Assembly: GCA_965153355.1 (NCBI GenBank)
Contig: OZ231126.1
Location: 28,830,001-28,894,000 of the forward strand
DNA: 64,000 nucleotides
Source of the DNA: Flaccisagitta enflata
Taxonomy: Eukaryota
Direction of reading: 5' to 3'
This document shows, in pieces, positions 1-63,848 of this stretch. Both the position numbers and the translations under genes were made by a program. The notes below the pieces were generated by a model, which saw only the letters and a list, made by a program, of their open reading frames with translations, had not been told where the DNA came from and did not search any database. How positions within the stretch are numbered: position 1 is the first letter of the stretch; each line of letters begins with the position of its first letter.

Positions 1-93
1 TTTACATATGAAAATATGTTAAAAGCCGATGGTAAAAAAAAACCTTTCCTTCCTTCCTGATTTCTATCCACATTATTCAAATTATTTTGATTC

Positions 94-821
<728 letters not shown>

Positions 822-1479
822 CAAGAGATGGGGGCCAAAACTTTTTCTTACAAAAAGGTTTTGAAAGTTTTTTTCTTCAAAATCTTATTAAAATCAGGGA
901 AGTGAATGGCCACTTTCACTAAAAGATTGCACCTGCCACAATTTCCATTTACAGGCTAGAAAAAAAAACATAAAAATGTTTGAAAGTTAAGTGAGCAGTT
1001 ATTCTCAGAACCCCTGCAGCTGACAACTTTCTCAAACACGCGCAAAACCCAATAAAGGGATGACGTGAGATTGTGGGGTGTGATGAACTGGTAGATAGGC
1101 GCTACTACATTATCACCAGTAAAAATAGACAATAAAAGGGAGATGGAATATCTTTTGTGGGGGCTTTCGACAAAGGGAACCCATGGAAACGAATACAAAG
1201 TTCGTTTGATGGTACAATACGATTAAGGACAACGAAGCATTGAAGGGGCCGAGCCGAGAGCTGAGTCAACGTTTCCTTTTCGGCTTCATCGCAATGTGAT
1301 TCTTATGCAAATTCATCATTAACACCGAATAGGATACTTTTAGATCTGAGATATATACAGACGCAGACACTTATGTGGATACAAACACTCACGCGTGTAC
1401 TTAAACACACGAAAGCAACTATGTACAGACACAGCGATAGAAAAACGCAGTGACGGACTCGCACGCACAGTGACAGAGC

Positions 1480-1726
1480 GACAGACACACACTAACACTG
1501 ACACACACACTGACACACACTGACTCACACAATCACACCCTGACACACACACTGACTCACACAATCACACCCTGACACACACACACAGACACACACAATC
1601 ACACCCTGACACACACCCTGACACACACCCTGACACACACCCTGACACACAAAACACACAAACACACACACAAACACACACACAAACACACACACAAACA
1701 CACACAAACACACGCAAACACACACT

Positions 1727-1822
<96 letters not shown>
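1480..1822. repeat. (CA)n compound microsatellite
   Basis: Direct inspection. Confidence 0.95.
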
Positions 1823-1824
<2 letters not shown>

Positions 1825-1833
1825 TGTATTGAA

Positions 1834-2159
1834 CAGGGGTGTATAAAGTTGAGTATTCCCCCCCCCCCCCGTGGGGGGGAAATAAAATCAAAAGGTTTGG
1901 AGATGGGGAAGAAAATCAAAAGTTTGAAAAAAAGAAAAAAGAAAATTTTTGAAGATCTAACACTTTTGGTAGTACCAAAAGGTAAAATACAATTACTTCA
2001 ACTTAATTTACCACTATTTAAACCTAAAATATACTGTTTTATAGCTTATAGGGGAAGAAAAACAAAGATTTTGTAACGCGACGCGACGCATCGCGGGGAA
2101 GAAAATCAAAGGCAGGGGGGGGAATAAAATCAAAAGCCGCTCAACTATATACACCCCTG
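1834..2159. mobile_element. hAT-type MITE
   Basis: TIRs caggggtgtataaagttgag / ctcaactatatacacccctg; perfect 8-bp TSD GTATTGAA at 1826-1833 and 2160-2167. Confidence 0.85.
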
Positions 2160-2994
2160 GTATTGAAGCAAGTATATATCACTCAGACACACACGCACAC
2201 ATACATACACAAGCAAACACTTCTTTCTCTCCAGAGATCCTGTTTCCAATAGAGTCTCAGGCGACCATATCTTAATCGAAACGCTCCAACTCAGAAGATA
2301 TAAATGTCTCCCATTCAGACGAAATATTTAAGGGAGGGAATAAGAAATAGAGGTTCGGCTTAGCCCGGGCCCGGGCGCGCGTTTAGGAAGTCGAGGAAAA
2401 TGGTGAGAAGACGGAGAGCTCCCAACATGTCTTCCTTTTATGATACTATTTTGTATTGGAAGGGAGTGAAAACTAGATCCTCAAGTGGGAAGTGCCATTC
2501 TAGAATTCTCAGATGAAGGAAATCTCGAGGGTAGAGTCGAGTCAATTTGAATTTTTTAATTCCAACTCAAAAAGAGCCTGTTCAACTTCAACAGGTCAGT
2601 AGATACCGATGGCCTTATAGGACTAGTTTGAAGACTGAGAAGGCTAATTTGGCGCCTGAAAAGGTTTACTTGAGACCTCGGAGGCGTATGGAGGCCTTAT
2701 TTGAAGCGTTACTTGATTGTCGGGAAAAAAGTCGAAGTCAGTCTTCGACTTTTTGACATATTCGAGAAATACAGGGTTTTCATTTTCTTATGGGGAAGTT
2801 GAGTGTATCGCCGACCGAATGAGCCCTCCAATGAAGTTGATAGGGTAAGTAAATTTGATAATTCTCTATCATTTGGCACCAAGCAGAATACTCTACGGCA
2901 AATATTTTTTGCGCTAAAAATTTTTAAATACTTATTTACAAAAAATTCAAATTGAATTTTTTTCAATTTTTTATGATTTTAAGAAGAATCAATA

Positions 2995-3607
2995 CCGGGT
3001 CATCAGCCTGAGATGCCGGATAATGTTAAGCTTTTACTCTGAGATGCCATGTATCACGGATTTCTCACTGATTGTCTCTTAAAGAGTAAAGATTGACGTT
3101 TTTTGTATCAAAATTTCATCAAAATCGGTCAAGTAGTTTAGATTTTACATGTATTTAAGTGAAAAAAAACCTTTCTGCCACGTCTGTTTTTTGATGGGAA
3201 AATGGAGGAATGGCGTTTTTCCCCATTCCCTCATTTTGCAATATTTTGTGCCAGGGACACAAGATTAGTCCTAGGTAAAAGGTGATTTGACAACTTTATG
3301 AAACTAAATCTAATTCTTTTTCATACTAGACCATTAACATGTTCCCAAGCTCAAACTGTTAAAAAAAGAGAAAAATTTGAACACGCTTTCTTTCATGATT
3401 TTTATTGAAAATTCTGTCATTGAGAGGAAATTAGTTTTTCCTTCAAAGACTTGTAAAATCTGAACTACTTGACCGATTTTGATAAAATTTTGATACAAAA
3501 AAACGTCAATCTATGCTCTTCAAAAGACAATCAGTATGAAATCCGAGATATGTGGCATCTCTGGGTAAAAGCTTAGCAGAATCCGGCCTCTCAGGCTGAT
3601 GACCCGG
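2995..3607 (+). mobile_element. TA-flanked long-TIR MITE (Tc1/mariner-type), copy 1
   Basis: ta|ccgggtcatcagcctg…caggctgatgacccgg|ta; ~150-bp inverted arms; near-identical copy at 21786-22392 in the opposite orientation. Confidence 0.85.
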
Positions 3608-4040
3608 TAAGAGAGTATTTAAATTTCTTTGAGCATGCAAATACAAGAAAACATCTTTATAAGCATAACTGCTCATCTGTGAAGGTGTTTTAGAGCATTT
3701 TAGCTCATTTAGCTCCTTTAATTCAGTCTTTTTTTCATTTTAAATGCAACAAACACATGTTTATGCAAGCAGCTATAAGAAAGCAAATCAGTGAGCAGAG
3801 CTGCTCATCTATGAGTGTGTTTTAAAGTATTCTAGCTCATTTAGCTCAGTTTTTTTTTCTGATTTTTAACAGGATAAATGTTTTAAATACAAGAAAGCAT
3901 TTCAATGAGTATAGCTAGATATCTGGTTGATTGATTTTCTAGCTCATCTAGCTCATTTGGCTCAAATATATTTTTCTCTGATATTTATTACAATCAATAC
4001 ATACAATTGCTGTTGATTTGATCTAACAAATAAAAAAAAA

Positions 4041-4987
4041 GCTTAAAAACAACAGTCCTCGACTGTAGTCTATTTGGTGTCCGACCCGGCTACTCAGTCT
4101 GACCCGGCTACTCAGTCTGACCCGGCTACTCAGTCTGACCCGGCTACTCAGTCTGACCCGGCTACTCAGTCTGACCCGGCTACTCAGTCTGACCCGGCTA
4201 CTCAGTCTGACCCGGCTACTCAGTCTGACCCGGCTACTCAGTCTGACCTGGCTACTCAGTCTGACCCGGCTACTCAGTCTGACCCGGCTACTCAGTCTGA
4301 CCCGGCTACTCAGTCTGACCCGGCTACTCAGTCTGACCCGGCTACTCAGTCTGACCCGGCTACTCAGTCTGACCCGGCTACCAATTGCATACCTTAAAGT
4401 CCAAAAGAAAAAAAAAATTTTTTCAAAAAAAAAAAAAAAAAAAAATTTTTTTCAAAATAAAAAAAAATGAAAATAAAATTTTTTTTCAAAAAAAAAAAAA
4501 ATTTCAAAAAAAAAATTTTTTCAAAAAAAAAAATTTCAAAAAAAAATTTTTTCAAAAAAAAAATTCTTAAGTCCAAGAAATAATGTTACTAGATACATCA
4601 TAAATACCCTTATATTTTCTTAACCAATACTCAGAATTTACTGAAATCTTGCAGGGGAGCTTTAATTGATGCAATGAACCTTCACAACAAGTTTGAACAA
4701 CATTGGTGAACCTTTACTACCCTTCCCCTATGTAAATTGCACAAGTCCAGGAATTAATAATACTACAAAAATAATAGGCAAAGGGTATTAAATATTTATG
4801 AATGTTGTTGAAAGTTGGTACACAGAAAGTAATGCTGTAAAAATAACACTGACCAAGTTTCATCAACATCTGAGTACTGGTTCCCAAGTTTTTAAGGGTT
4901 GACACGACAAACAACAACAAACAACAACGACTCACTACACGATCAGTGCTATGTTATAGTCCTCGACGTAAACTGATCGTCGAGGAC
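4041..4987 (-). mobile_element. DINE-1/HINE-like (non-autonomous Helentron-type) element, copy 1, with an 18-bp internal tandem array
   Basis: Subterminal gtcctcgac at one end, hairpin gtcctcgacg…cgtcgaggac at the other, flanked by A/T runs with no distinct TSD; (aac)-type microsatellite next to the hairpin; (gacccggctactcagtct)n at ~4083-4381; copies at 22862 and 54545. Confidence 0.7.
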
Positions 4988-5057
4988 AAAAACTACAAAG
5001 ACTGCAGATAAAATCTTGGTGAAGAGTGTCCAATGCTTACGACTTTTTTCCTCGCAG

Positions 5058-5098
<41 letters not shown>

Positions 5099-6476
5099 TG
5101 TATGTATATGTGAGTGTATGTATATGTGTGTATGTGTATGTGAGTATATGAGTGTGTATGTATGTGAGTGTGTGTATATGTATGTATGTGAGTGTGTGTA
5201 TGTGTGTGTGTATGTGTGTGTTATGTATATATCTATGTGTGTATGTAGGTGTGTGTGTATGTGTGTGTGCCACTGCCCCCCCCCCCCCCGTTAGCCTCAA
5301 TACTGTAACGCCGAGTTAATCGTTTCGCAACAAGTCCTTTTTCATTTGCGTCTCACAGACTGAACAAGGCCAAGAGATGTCCAATAGATGCGTCCTCTTT
5401 AGATGTAAGATATATTTTATTAAGATATAAAGATATAAAGATATTAAGATATAATGATATGAAAATGTAAAGATACTGAGATAAAGAGAAAAATAAAAAC
5501 TGATTCCTCCCCCACCCCCCACGCCGCTTACCCCCCCCATGCCCCTCGCGCCTTTCCACCCCCCTCCCCCTACGCCTGCCCACCCCCCTCGCATCACGCC
5601 TCCTCACCCCCACGCCTCTCCACCCCCCCTCCCCACGCCTCCCCCCCCTGACGCCCCCCCCTCCCCACGCCTGCCCCCCTCCACCAACCACGTCTCCCCA
5701 CGCCTCCTCACCCCCCACGCTTCGTCCTCACGAAGAGACATGAAGGGACTTGGAGAGACATAGAGAGATATGGAGAGACATGAAGAGACATGAGGAAACA
5801 TGAAAAGACATGAGGAGACATGAGAGAAATGAAGAGATATGAAGAGACATGAAGAGACATAGAGACATAAAGAGACATAAAGAGACATAAAGAGACATGA
5901 GATACATAAGAGACATAAGAGAATACCTAGGAGAGAAAAGAGACATAAGAGACTTAGTAGACCTAGGAGACTTAAGAGACATAAGAGACACATAAGAGAC
6001 ACATAGGAGACATACAAGAGACATACAGGAGACAAAAGACAAAAGAGACGAAAGAGACATGAGAAATATAAGAAGCATGAAGAGACAAAGAGAAATGAAG
6101 AGAAAACCTTGAAAATTGCATTTTGAAATATTCTTGTGACGGACATTCCGACAGACCGACCAAGGGACACACCCTCTTATAGAGATGCGAGGACGCATCT
6201 AAAACACATTTTGAATTCAAACAAAGATGGTCTCTAGAAATGGGTTTTCGAATGATGATGAGGCGCCAAAATAACGTCAGAAGGACTATTCAGTAATAGT
6301 GTAAGTCGATGATCCGGCATCGGCGTCGGACTTCTGACCGGCGCCATGCTCTAACACCGGAAATGACGCCGATGACATGACTCACCATCGAGAAGCCGAT
6401 GACCGATGACCGATGACCGATGTTAGATCTTATGTTTTGATTTTTTCTTTTGGCATGTGAATTCAACTTATCATCG

Positions 6477-6515
<39 letters not shown>

Positions 6516-6555
6516 AGAACCAGAGAGACAGAGATCAAAGACACAAAATAAATAG

Positions 6556-6634
<79 letters not shown>

Positions 6635-7475
6635 TAGTTCGAACACGCTTTTGACTGAGGCTCAAATTGTGAAAAAATAAGAACATTTCCAGCAATATAG
6701 TCAGCCTCAGAAAATTAAAAATGAAACAACATTTCAGCCTCATGTCCAAATAACAACTTTTTTCTTAGATTTGCTATTATTTCTGTTGCGTTCAATTGTG
6801 ACATGAGGCGGTTTTTTTTGAAGAGGTGGCTTTTTCTCATGTAATATGTTATATAATTGCAACAACAATTTGTTCCTGGTTTTCATTCCTACCCTAGATC
6901 CCTTTTATTCCACAGAAGGCAGTGAAAGGAACATACATCCAAATCAATCGTCACTTTAGTAGATGGATGAGAGAGAAATAACAACAGTTTAGCAACGGTT
7001 TGAGCCTCATATTGTCTTTCAAATAAAAACATTGAGCTTCAGAAAAAAATAACCCGTTGTTACTCAGTCAAAAGTGTGTATGCTTGGTTGTTCTAAACAA
7101 GGCCAAGTAGGCCAATAAGGTGCGGTATGTGGATCGTTGAACAAATGCTGTACCCGACCAACCAACCAACAGACTGACTAACCAACCAAAACTTGGAAGT
7201 GATTCATTCATTCCTTCATTCATTCATTCCTTCTTTTCTTCCTTCCTTCCTTCTTTTCTTCCTTCCTTCCTTCCTTCCTTCCTTCCTTCCTTCCTTCCTT
7301 CCTTCCTTCCTTCATTCATTGTCAATCCATCAGGCCTGAGACAGAGGTAACCAATTGTCAAGGAGTTAATCATTAAGTCTGCTGCATAATGCCTAAATGA
7401 ACAAAAATGGCATTCAGCAGAGTCAAAGTTGAAACTTTCGGGGGAAAATGAAACTCGAGAAACCAAATAGTTTTA

Positions 7476-8070
7476 CAGTGGGGTTCGTGGAATAACAGCC
7501 TAAACTGGAGGAAGGTATTTAAGTGTCTTAATTTCATTTGACAAACTTGATATTTGAAATATAAGTTGCTCAATTGGTGCTTGTGTTTTTTGGTTGCTAT
7601 GGAAACCAAAATTTTTTTTTTCAGACATGTGTAACAGCTAGAATATCAAAATTTTGACAAATATAAACAAGGAACATTGCTCAGAACTAAATCTAATACA
7701 ACTTTCCCACAGTATGTTCTGTAAGAATATTGCTAGTTTGGCTGTTGCTAGGGAGCATCACTAAGTGGTTGCTATGGGTGATGCTCCCTAGCAACGGCCA
7801 AACGAGCAATATTCTTACAGAACATACTTTGGGAAAGTTGTAGCAAATTTAATTCTGAGCAATGTTCCCTGATTATATTTGTCAAAATCTTAATATTTTA
7901 GTAGTTATAAATGTCTGAAAAAATGATTTTGGTTTCCATAGCAACCAAAAAACTCAGGGACACAAGCACCAATTGAACAACTTATATTTCAAATATCAAG
8001 TTTGTCAAATGAAATTAAGACACTTAAATACCTTCCTCCAGTTTAGGCTGTTATTCCATGAACCCCACTG
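7476..8070. mobile_element. TA-flanked palindromic MITE (CAGT termini, Tc1/pogo-type), copy 1
   Basis: ta|cagtggggttcgtggaataacagcc…ggctgttattccatgaaccccactg|ta; almost the whole element is an inverted repeat; copy at 30224-30797. Confidence 0.85.
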
Positions 8071-8920
8071 TACCTATGGTCGATGATCTCTAGTTAGCAT
8101 GACGAAAGGCAATTATTTCTTTTTAGTCATGTGCTACGTGAATCTACACCCCGCTTTGTCGGTCAGTTGGTCCATCCGTCTGTCTGTCCCTCAAACTGTT
8201 GTTTGTCCGTCCGTCCGTCCGTCCATTGGTCCATCACACTTTACATTTTTTGGGTTTTTGCTGTCTATGGCCGCACTGCTTCTGCCCATATGATCAAGTG
8301 ACCTCAACTATGGCCCCTGCCCACCTGCACGCGACTGGGGTAGCCGTGTATCCGGCCTTGTTGAAGTTAAAAGGAACTGGAGGTAAATAATCGGTGGTGT
8401 ACCGTACGTTGATACTTGATAATCATTGGAGTTAAATTCAAAACTGGTGACGGACCCAAGGTCTATAATCATTGGAGTCAAATCTTAAAAATAGTGGTTG
8501 ACCCAAGGTGGGTAAACCAAAGTTGAAGCCGAAGCTTAAGCCAAATAAAGTCGAAGCCGAAGCTGAAGTTGAAGCCGAAGCTGAAGTCGAAGAAAATGGT
8601 AGTATAAAAGTTGATGATGAAACTCAAACACTAAAATTCAATAATTTCTTTTTATTTATTTGTTTGTCAATCAAATTTAAGTTTAAGTTTGAATTTTAAG
8701 TTAAATCTTTACCTATTTCAATGAATTGATTAAATCATCATATTCAATTTTTCACTTGAAATTCATTTTTAGCAAAATGTATTTTATTACTCTTTTAAAA
8801 AATTTCAACTTATATTTGAATTAATATAGTAATGTATATTAAATGTATCAGATAATAAATCAGTATTTTATAAAAAATCTTTGATAGTTAAAAGGTTTTC
8901 ATTTTTTTGCTAAACTTATA

Positions 8921-9097
8921 CAGTTGAACCCCGCTCCAACGGATTTTAGGGGACCAACAATTTTTATCTGTTACAGGTGGACTTCTGTTATTGCCAACAA
9001 AGGATATAAAAGAAATAAATGTGAAGGGACCATGAACTTGCATCTGTTATAAGCGGAATTCCGTTGGTGGCGGGTCCGTTAGAGCGGGGTTCAACTG
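8921..9097. mobile_element. Small pogo/Tigger-like MITE nested in a TIR element (~8492-9238)
   Basis: ta|cagttgaacccccgct…agcggggttcaactg|ta; host TIRs tagtggttgacccaaggtgggtaa / ttacccaccttcggtctaccacta with (gaagcc)n subterminal repeats; relatives near 33755-34909 and 45712-45897. Confidence 0.7.
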
Positions 9098-10323
9098 TAT
9101 CTTTAAAGCAAAAGCAATTTAAAACTTCGGACTTTGGCAATCGACTTTGGCAATCTTCGGATTCAGTTTCGGCTGGAGTAAATTGCTATCTTCGGCTTCG
9201 GCTTCGGCTTCGGCTTACCCACCTTCGGTCTACCACTATGAATCAGTAAATTCCTCATCCTTAATTCATACGTATTTCAGTATGTATTTAAACCACTCCC
9301 CCTCATTTCCAAACCTAGTGCGTCACACCATCTCGCGACTTCACTAGGGTTTCCGCAACCTTAATTGCCCTGTTTCCACAATAACAATTAACAATAACGT
9401 CACGCGCGCGGCTAGGGCTTCCTCAAAGACCGCGTAATATGGGAAAACTTTTAAGGAGCATAGATGCTTGGCTGGAAGATTAATTAGGTGGAAGATGAAA
9501 AGACAGGAGTGTATATAACATAATTGAGTCGCCTATGAAATTTATAATTCCCCCAGCCTTTTTCTTTCCCGCGATGCAAAAAGAAGCATTTCAAACCATG
9601 GTGGAGCTAACACACATCTTCAGCACCGGAAATCTTATCGCCAGACGGACGGACAGACTGATACGTGAGTAAAGTACACACGACTGCAGATACGACTCTG
9701 AACAGATTCGAACGGCGAATGGCGTACGGCAAGGTAGAAAAAAGAAAGACTAACGAGGAAACTAAGGCCAATAAATCTGGAGGCAATCGACGTCGTTAAG
9801 GGGAAACCAGATGCAATATTGACGGTGGAAAAAAGGGAAACCACAAAATATGCGAACAAATGCAAGAGAGAAAAAATTCCAATGTAGAATAGAGAAAAAC
9901 GAACGACGAAATCATCTACGGAGAGAGAAAAGCGTTTAAAATGGGCAAATTAAAAGTTAAGTGGCGAAGACCATCTTAAAGTTAAATAGTATAATCATAC
10001 TGTATTTCAACATCAAACAAATTTAATACAAGCTGAAATCAAAATAATCTTGTACCTAAAGGGATATTCTATCATGGGGAAAAAAGTTCAACAAAATCCG
10101 CCACCAGGAAACAGCTAATTTTTTACATTGTTTTTTTTGCAATATTTTTCTATTGTAAGAAAGGCATTTTCAATGAAATTTTGATTGAATTTCGATTGAA
10201 ATGTTGATAAACCATGCATTAAAAATATTTTTTAATCTTGAGCTCGCAACTCAATGAGAAGCTTTGTCTATCAATCAGTCCCTTGGTCTGTTGATCTGTC
10301 TGTCGGTACGTCAGTCTGTCTGT

Positions 10324-10553
10324 TGGTCTGTAATGATCAAGTAAACAAGGCCGGATACACGGCTACCAAAGTCGCGTGCGGGTGGGCAGGGGCCATATTT
10401 GAGGTCACCAGACCATTTGGGCAGGAGCAGTGAGGTCAAAGAAATAAAATCATAAAAAAAAGTAAAGTATGACCAACCGACCGACCAACCGACCAACCGA
10501 CCGACCGACCGACGGACAAAGCGGGTTGTAGAGTCGCGTGCACGCGACTAAAA
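10324..10553 (-). mobile_element. Short abundant HINE-like element (agtcgcgtgcacgcgact hairpin + GTCG/GTCC microsatellite + gccgtgtatccggccttgtt end)
   Basis: Related copies or fragments at ~8122-8362, 11128-11230, 28075-28142, 33532-33600, 50627-50690, 59108-59250. Confidence 0.6.
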
Positions 10554-13500
10554 AGTGCATTTTCCCTACAGAGCGCACTTCCACACCTGCATGTGTTTGA
10601 GTGTGTAAAAGGTCGTGGAAGGGGGATGTTTGCCCCAGCCCACCTGTCAGTGACAATATTGTTTAGAAACAAGTGAGGTAGGGTCACAACATTGTTGCAG
10701 ATGGGTGGGCAGGGGCATCCAACCCCCAGCCTCACCCCTTCACACTAACACATCCAAATGCGCATTTCTACAAATTTCAACTCTTGCATTACGGTCCAAT
10801 GGACCATTGGACTGACGGACTGACAGACTAATAGACTGACAGAGGGACAAAGCCTCTTATAAAATTGAGTGTCCGCAACTAGAATAGAGAAGAATCAAAT
10901 ATCCTTTGGCTTTCTGAGTGGCAGAGAAAAATAACCGGATTTCCCTTTTTCTGATTTTTCTGCTTTTTTGGGCCATATGAGCCTATGCATCAAATAAACA
11001 GGGTAAATATGACAATGCTTTTTTAGATGGCAAGCATCAGAATTCTGTGCAAGCAATAGTCTTTGAGTTTTGATGCATTTAATCTGATAACAACCTTATG
11101 CGTATGGATTTTTTGCTTTTCATGGTAAACAAGGCCAGATACACGGCAATCCAGTTGTGGACGGTTGGACAAGAGCAGTAATGCAAAAAACACTCGGAAT
11201 TCAAAAGTGTGATGGACGGACAGATGGATCATCAACAAACCAGTCACCCAAGGGCAATATCTGGTCAGGGGTATCTTATGCCCTGCTGTACCTCACTGTG
11301 ACTCCAAGTGTAAGGAAGCAGGGCAGTGGCCTCAATGGGAATGATGTCCTATAAAACACTTGGGACTTTTATTTGTCTTACCTCAAAGATTTTATGAGGC
11401 CTTAGATAGCTGGTTGAAGGCCTATGGTGTTTTTAATACCTCTTCAAGACTGTTTCAAAACCTGAGAGGTCTGATTTTTGGCCTAGCTGGGCTGATATGA
11501 GGCTTAATAAAGCTGATTTGAGATGTAAGAGGGGGATGTGAAAGTCTAACAGGGCTGAACAAGGCCGATAAAGGGCTGAGGGTGCTGATCTGTAATCAGT
11601 ATTGTGTATAATTGAGGGGGTTTTGATTTTATTCCCCCCATTGCTTTTCTTTCCTGCATCGCATTGTGTTATAAAATCTATGGTTTTCTTTCCCACAAAG
11701 CAATAAAACATTATGATATAAATTGTGTTTTAGTAATCAAATTTTACTTTTTGGTATTATCAAAAGTGCTAAATCTTCCAAAAAAATTTTCTTTTCAAGA
11801 TTTTGATTTTTTCCCCCATCTCTAAACCATTTGATTTTATTCCCTCTCTCACCAGGGGGATACTTGCCTGGTCATCTGTTGCCTGTGGGGACTGATCTGA
11901 GAGGCCCTGGGAGGACTAGTTTGAGATCTAACCAGTCGCCCAAGGGCGATATGTGGTCAGCGATACCCATTGCCCTGCTATGTATGTTGGTGAATGTAGA
12001 TTATGGGTAGTGAGGCAGTGGCCCCAAAGGAGAGGATGTCCTGTAGAACACAGGGGGACTTTCGGTTTTTTTGAGCCTCGTGGCTGGGGTTTGAGCCTCC
12101 AGGCTGGGATTTGAGCCTCCAGGCTGGGATTTGAGCCTCAAGGCTGGGATTTTGAGTCTCAAGGCTGGGATTTGAGCCTAAAGGCTGGGATTTGAGCCTT
12201 GAAGCTTGGATTTTAACCTTGAGGCTGGGATTTGAGCCTTAAGGTGGGGGGTAGGCATGAAACCATAGACAAACAAACAAAAGTCCCCCTGTGTTCTACA
12301 GGACATCGTCCCCTTAAGGGCCGCTGCCTAAAAGGCCAAAGAGGGCTGCTTTTGGGCCCAAGAGGGCCAATTTCAGGCTTAAGAGAGCTAATTTGGGGCT
12401 TGAGATAGTTGATTCAAGGGCAGATTTTAGGCTTAAGGCTTGATGGGAGGGATGCACCTATGAATGAATAGACAGACGGACAAGTGAAAGTCCCCCTGTG
12501 TACTACAGAAAATTGTTCCTTTCAAGGCCACAGCCCAAAAAATCATTATTTTTGGTCATTTCTTGCCTTTTGGTGAGTCAGTTTGGCTTTAAAGGGCCCT
12601 TAGGGGTCTCCCAGATAGGCTCCCCCAGGGGCTCTTAACCTTTGCTACTGTTCCTCACTACCAGATGAGAATATGTTGACAGCAAATATATTCTTAAGAC
12701 ATTAATCAGCAGAGATAACGCCATAAATTGTGATTTTGATCATCTTCAGCCTTTTTTTGGGGGGTTCCCCTTTCAAAGCCCTTGGAGGGTTCCTCAGGGG
12801 CTCCCGTCCCCTATATCTCAATTTTCATACTTAACCATCAAATGTCGTTCTAACTAGATCATTTCCAAGGTTTTCTATTAGTCCATTATGGATTATAAAA
12901 GGATCCTAAATATTTTTGATGTTACTTTAATACCATTAAGCATACCCGGATCATGAATATGACGATATTGCCCAGGAGGATAGCTATTCAAGGTTTTTGG
13001 CTCAGATCAATTGTGTTTCTAATACAGAGCATATTTTTGAAAAACTCTTTCTGATTTTTTTGGAAATTTGGCCTACAACTCATTGTGTATGCGCTCTATT
13101 CTTTGCAATTAATGTCGCATTATATAGCTACTTTTTAGCCTATTTTTTAGCAATGTTCCTGGTGGCGGATTTTAGAGAACTTTTTTTTTCCTGAAAGTAC
13201 ATACCTTAAGGTTCAAGAATATGCAACATTTTGCTTGTATTTCATTTGTTTGATGTTCCCTGAAAAAAAACTCTTAAATGATCAAACTAAAAGTAGTTTA
13301 ACTAAGATGAAAATCCCTATAAGCTTAAAATCCGCCTTCTGAGCTACGCGAAGATGGCGTCTCTACTTCCTAAATGTGTGTGTCAAGGGGGTTATACAAC
13401 CCTACCCACCAGACCGCAATGTATTATAACCCCGGGCTACTTGCTTCCATCTGCAATCCAAAAAATTTCTTGTTATACATCCTCTCTCCCCCTAACCAAT

Positions 13501-13591
13501 GATGTACCCCTAAAAGGGATGAAAGAGAAAAACAAGGCGACGAAATGAATGAAAAATTGCCCCAAGGCGGAGACAACGGATCCAATATTTG

Positions 13592-13858
<267 letters not shown>

Positions 13859-13871
13859 TCAAACATACACA

Positions 13872-14497
13872 CTAGCTTGTACCTAAATGACTAAAAGCAA
13901 TAAAATCAGAATTCTACAAGAAGTTCTTGTTGTGGGGCTGTCTTGGGCTTCTAATGGCATCAATTTTGGTCTGAAAAATTTGCATCTTGCTGTCCGCGCC
14001 TTACCGAGCCGAATTTTCCTTCAGCCTAACTAAAAATTTCAAAGTGCTTAAATCTCTGTTTGGACTGCAGATTGGAAATCTGCAGAAAAAACTTAATTGA
14101 AAGTGCTTTCCTTTTTTCAATATTCCTTCGGGATCATAGTCAAAATTCATCTTAAAGATATAAAAAAAGGTAAGTTCAGCAATTTTACATATAAATAAAA
14201 AAGAAACTTTGACATTTATTATGAGCACCTTCTAGTTGGAATATTGAAAAAAGGAAAGCACTTTCAATTAACAGTTTTTTCTGCAGATTTCAAATCTGCA
14301 GTCAAAACAGAGATTTAAGCACTTTGAAATTTTTGGTTTCCCATAGGCTGAAGGAAAATTCAAGGTAAGGCGCGGACAGCAAGATGCAATTTTTTTCAGA
14401 CCAAAAGTGATGTCATTGGAAGCCCATGACAGCCCCACAATAAGAACTACTTGTGAAATTCTGATTTTATTGTTTATTGTCATTTCGGTACAAGCTA
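13872..14497. mobile_element. Palindromic non-autonomous element between (CA)n tracts
   Basis: tagcttgtacctaaatgac… / …gtcatttcggtacaagcta with ~270-bp inverted arms. Confidence 0.7.
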
Positions 14498-14514
14498 ATA
14501 CATACACGCGGTCC

Positions 14515-15342
<828 letters not shown>

Positions 15343-15798
15343 AGTTTTAACCAAAAGAAAGAGAAAACACAATCGCTGTGACTAAGCATAAGAAGCAAAA
15401 TTGCAGCGTTGTTGAAGGAAAGAAAAAAAAGAGGGTAAGAAAGAAAAAGTGATAAAAAGAAAAGTGATAAAAAGAACCGCTCAAGTTGTGGCGATCCATC
15501 GATTTTATGCTTATCCCCGCAGCAAAAGTGGCAGGTCAGTATCCCCGATAATTGATGGGTAAATAGAGCGCCCGGGTCATCGAGTGAGAAAAAAAAGATA
15601 CTGAAGCAAACATTAACTTTCGAGCATCGGGCAAGTCACCAAATCTATTGCTAAGTAGTAAATTATGCTCTTTTCCGGCGGAAACCAAAATAAACAAAAG
15701 TGAGGTAACAGATATACTAAAACATAATAACTACGATAAAAACAAAGAGAGTGAAAAGAAGTTAAAGAAGTAAATTAAAACTGTGGGTTTGTGGATAC

Positions 15799-63848
<48,050 letters not shown>

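Noticed and set aside
9620-9735. Plus-strand mini-exon reading DTTLNRFERRMAYGK (amidated peptide-like)
   Set aside because: The implied upstream intron is only ~25 nt; no signal peptide or other exons were found
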